Positions 62,966 through 64,000 of a stretch of 64,000 nucleotides of DNA are shown here, piece by piece. Below the pieces are notes generated by a model. The model had not been told where the DNA came from and did not search any database. It saw only the letters and a program-made list of their open reading frames with translations. The stretch's first letter is position 1, and every line of letters begins with the position of its first letter. Both the position numbers and the translations under genes were made by a program. The DNA is from Malacoraja senta (lineage: Eukaryota), in assembly GCA_038087875.1 (NCBI GenBank), contig CM075990.1, positions 13,208,001-13,272,000 on the forward strand, written 5' to 3'.

Positions 62966-64000
62966 GTCTTTTATTGTTTAATTTTGGTTAGCGGCACTAA
63001 TACTTTGTATTGTGGCGTTAATTTGTGAATGTTCTCGTGAAAAAGACACAAATTGCTGGAGTAATTTATCAGGCAACTGAACCATCTTATCACCAACTAG
63101 AGAGCGGTCCTGACCTATCATCTACTTCATTGGAGACCCTTCAACTATCTGTAATCGGACTTTACTGGACTTTGTCTTGCACTAAACGTTATTCTGTTTT
63201 ATCCTGTATCTGTACACTATGGACGGATTGATTGTAATCATGTATTGTCTTCTGACTGGATAGCACGCAACAAAAAAAGCTTTTCACTGTACCTCGGTAC
63301 ACATGACAATACACTGAACTAAACTAATAAATATGCTAAACTAAACTAACTCTGAGTCGGGCAGCATTTCTGGAGACTGTAGATGGGTGATATTTCAGAT
63401 CGGAACCCATCTTCAGACTTGAAACGTCACCTATCAATGTTCTCCATAGATGCTGCCTGACTTGCTGAGTTAATCCAACACTTTGTCTTTTTGTTGTAAA
63501 CTAGCATCTCCAGTTCCTTGTTTCTGCTCTCTTCATGTTCTCTTGAAACATCTTGGAATATTTTGATGATGTTAAATGTGTGATACAAAGTTAATATTTG
63601 TTTGCATGGAGATTCTGCGTTCGGTGTGATAAACAGCCAAGCAATCCCCTTTCATTGAAAACGGTGTGTGGGGGAATAAATGATTTGCGTAGTATTTTCT
63701 TAGCAATCCTTTCACATCAATTTACCAGGTGTATGTACAGAAGGAACTGAAAATAATGAGTTTCCTGCTTTAGAAGTTAAGGTTGGGGAAACTGAAAAAA
63801 TATTCATTTTCCTCCTGACTTGTCAGTTTTATGTTGCCTTCAAAGGGAACTGTGTATCTATTCATATCTCAGTTTATTTAGTCACCATCTGTCATATGCC
63901 ATCAAAGCTACAATATTTACCTTGAACTGTACCTGGGTTCTCTTGCAACCTTCCCTTACCCAGCTGTTGGCTTGTTTCCGTGACCTATCACTATAGGGGG

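Noticed and set aside
1141..63231. Numerous 60-150-aa ORFs in the track (e.g. recurrent CWSNSAG and LQHFVS peptides)
   Set aside because: Translations of SINE, Penelope and CR1 repeats or random ORFs; no host gene product recognised.

Overview
Repeat-dense vertebrate genomic DNA, most likely from a cartilaginous fish (skate/ray-like). This is inferred from the HE1/V-SINE, CR1 and Penelope repertoire. I recognise no host protein-coding gene; the window looks intronic or intergenic and has two 200-N gaps. It holds one young 5'-truncated CR1 LINE (SGNH-esterase ORF1 remnant plus a nearly intact APE-RT ORF2) nested in an older CR1, and many CR1, Rex/Babar, L2 and L1 3' fragments. It also holds about 11 HE1-type tRNA V-SINEs, roughly 40 Penelope-like pLTR fragments (often palindromic, with long TSDs and a minimal hammerhead core), several Harbinger-like MITE subfamilies sharing a TIR, and two other TIR elements. 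The most notable item is a ~135-nt SINE-like insertion (33769-33902, minus strand). Its first 54 nt fold into a complete minimal HDV-like ribozyme that starts exactly at the element's 5' end, followed by a structured 3' domain and a (GAA)n tail.
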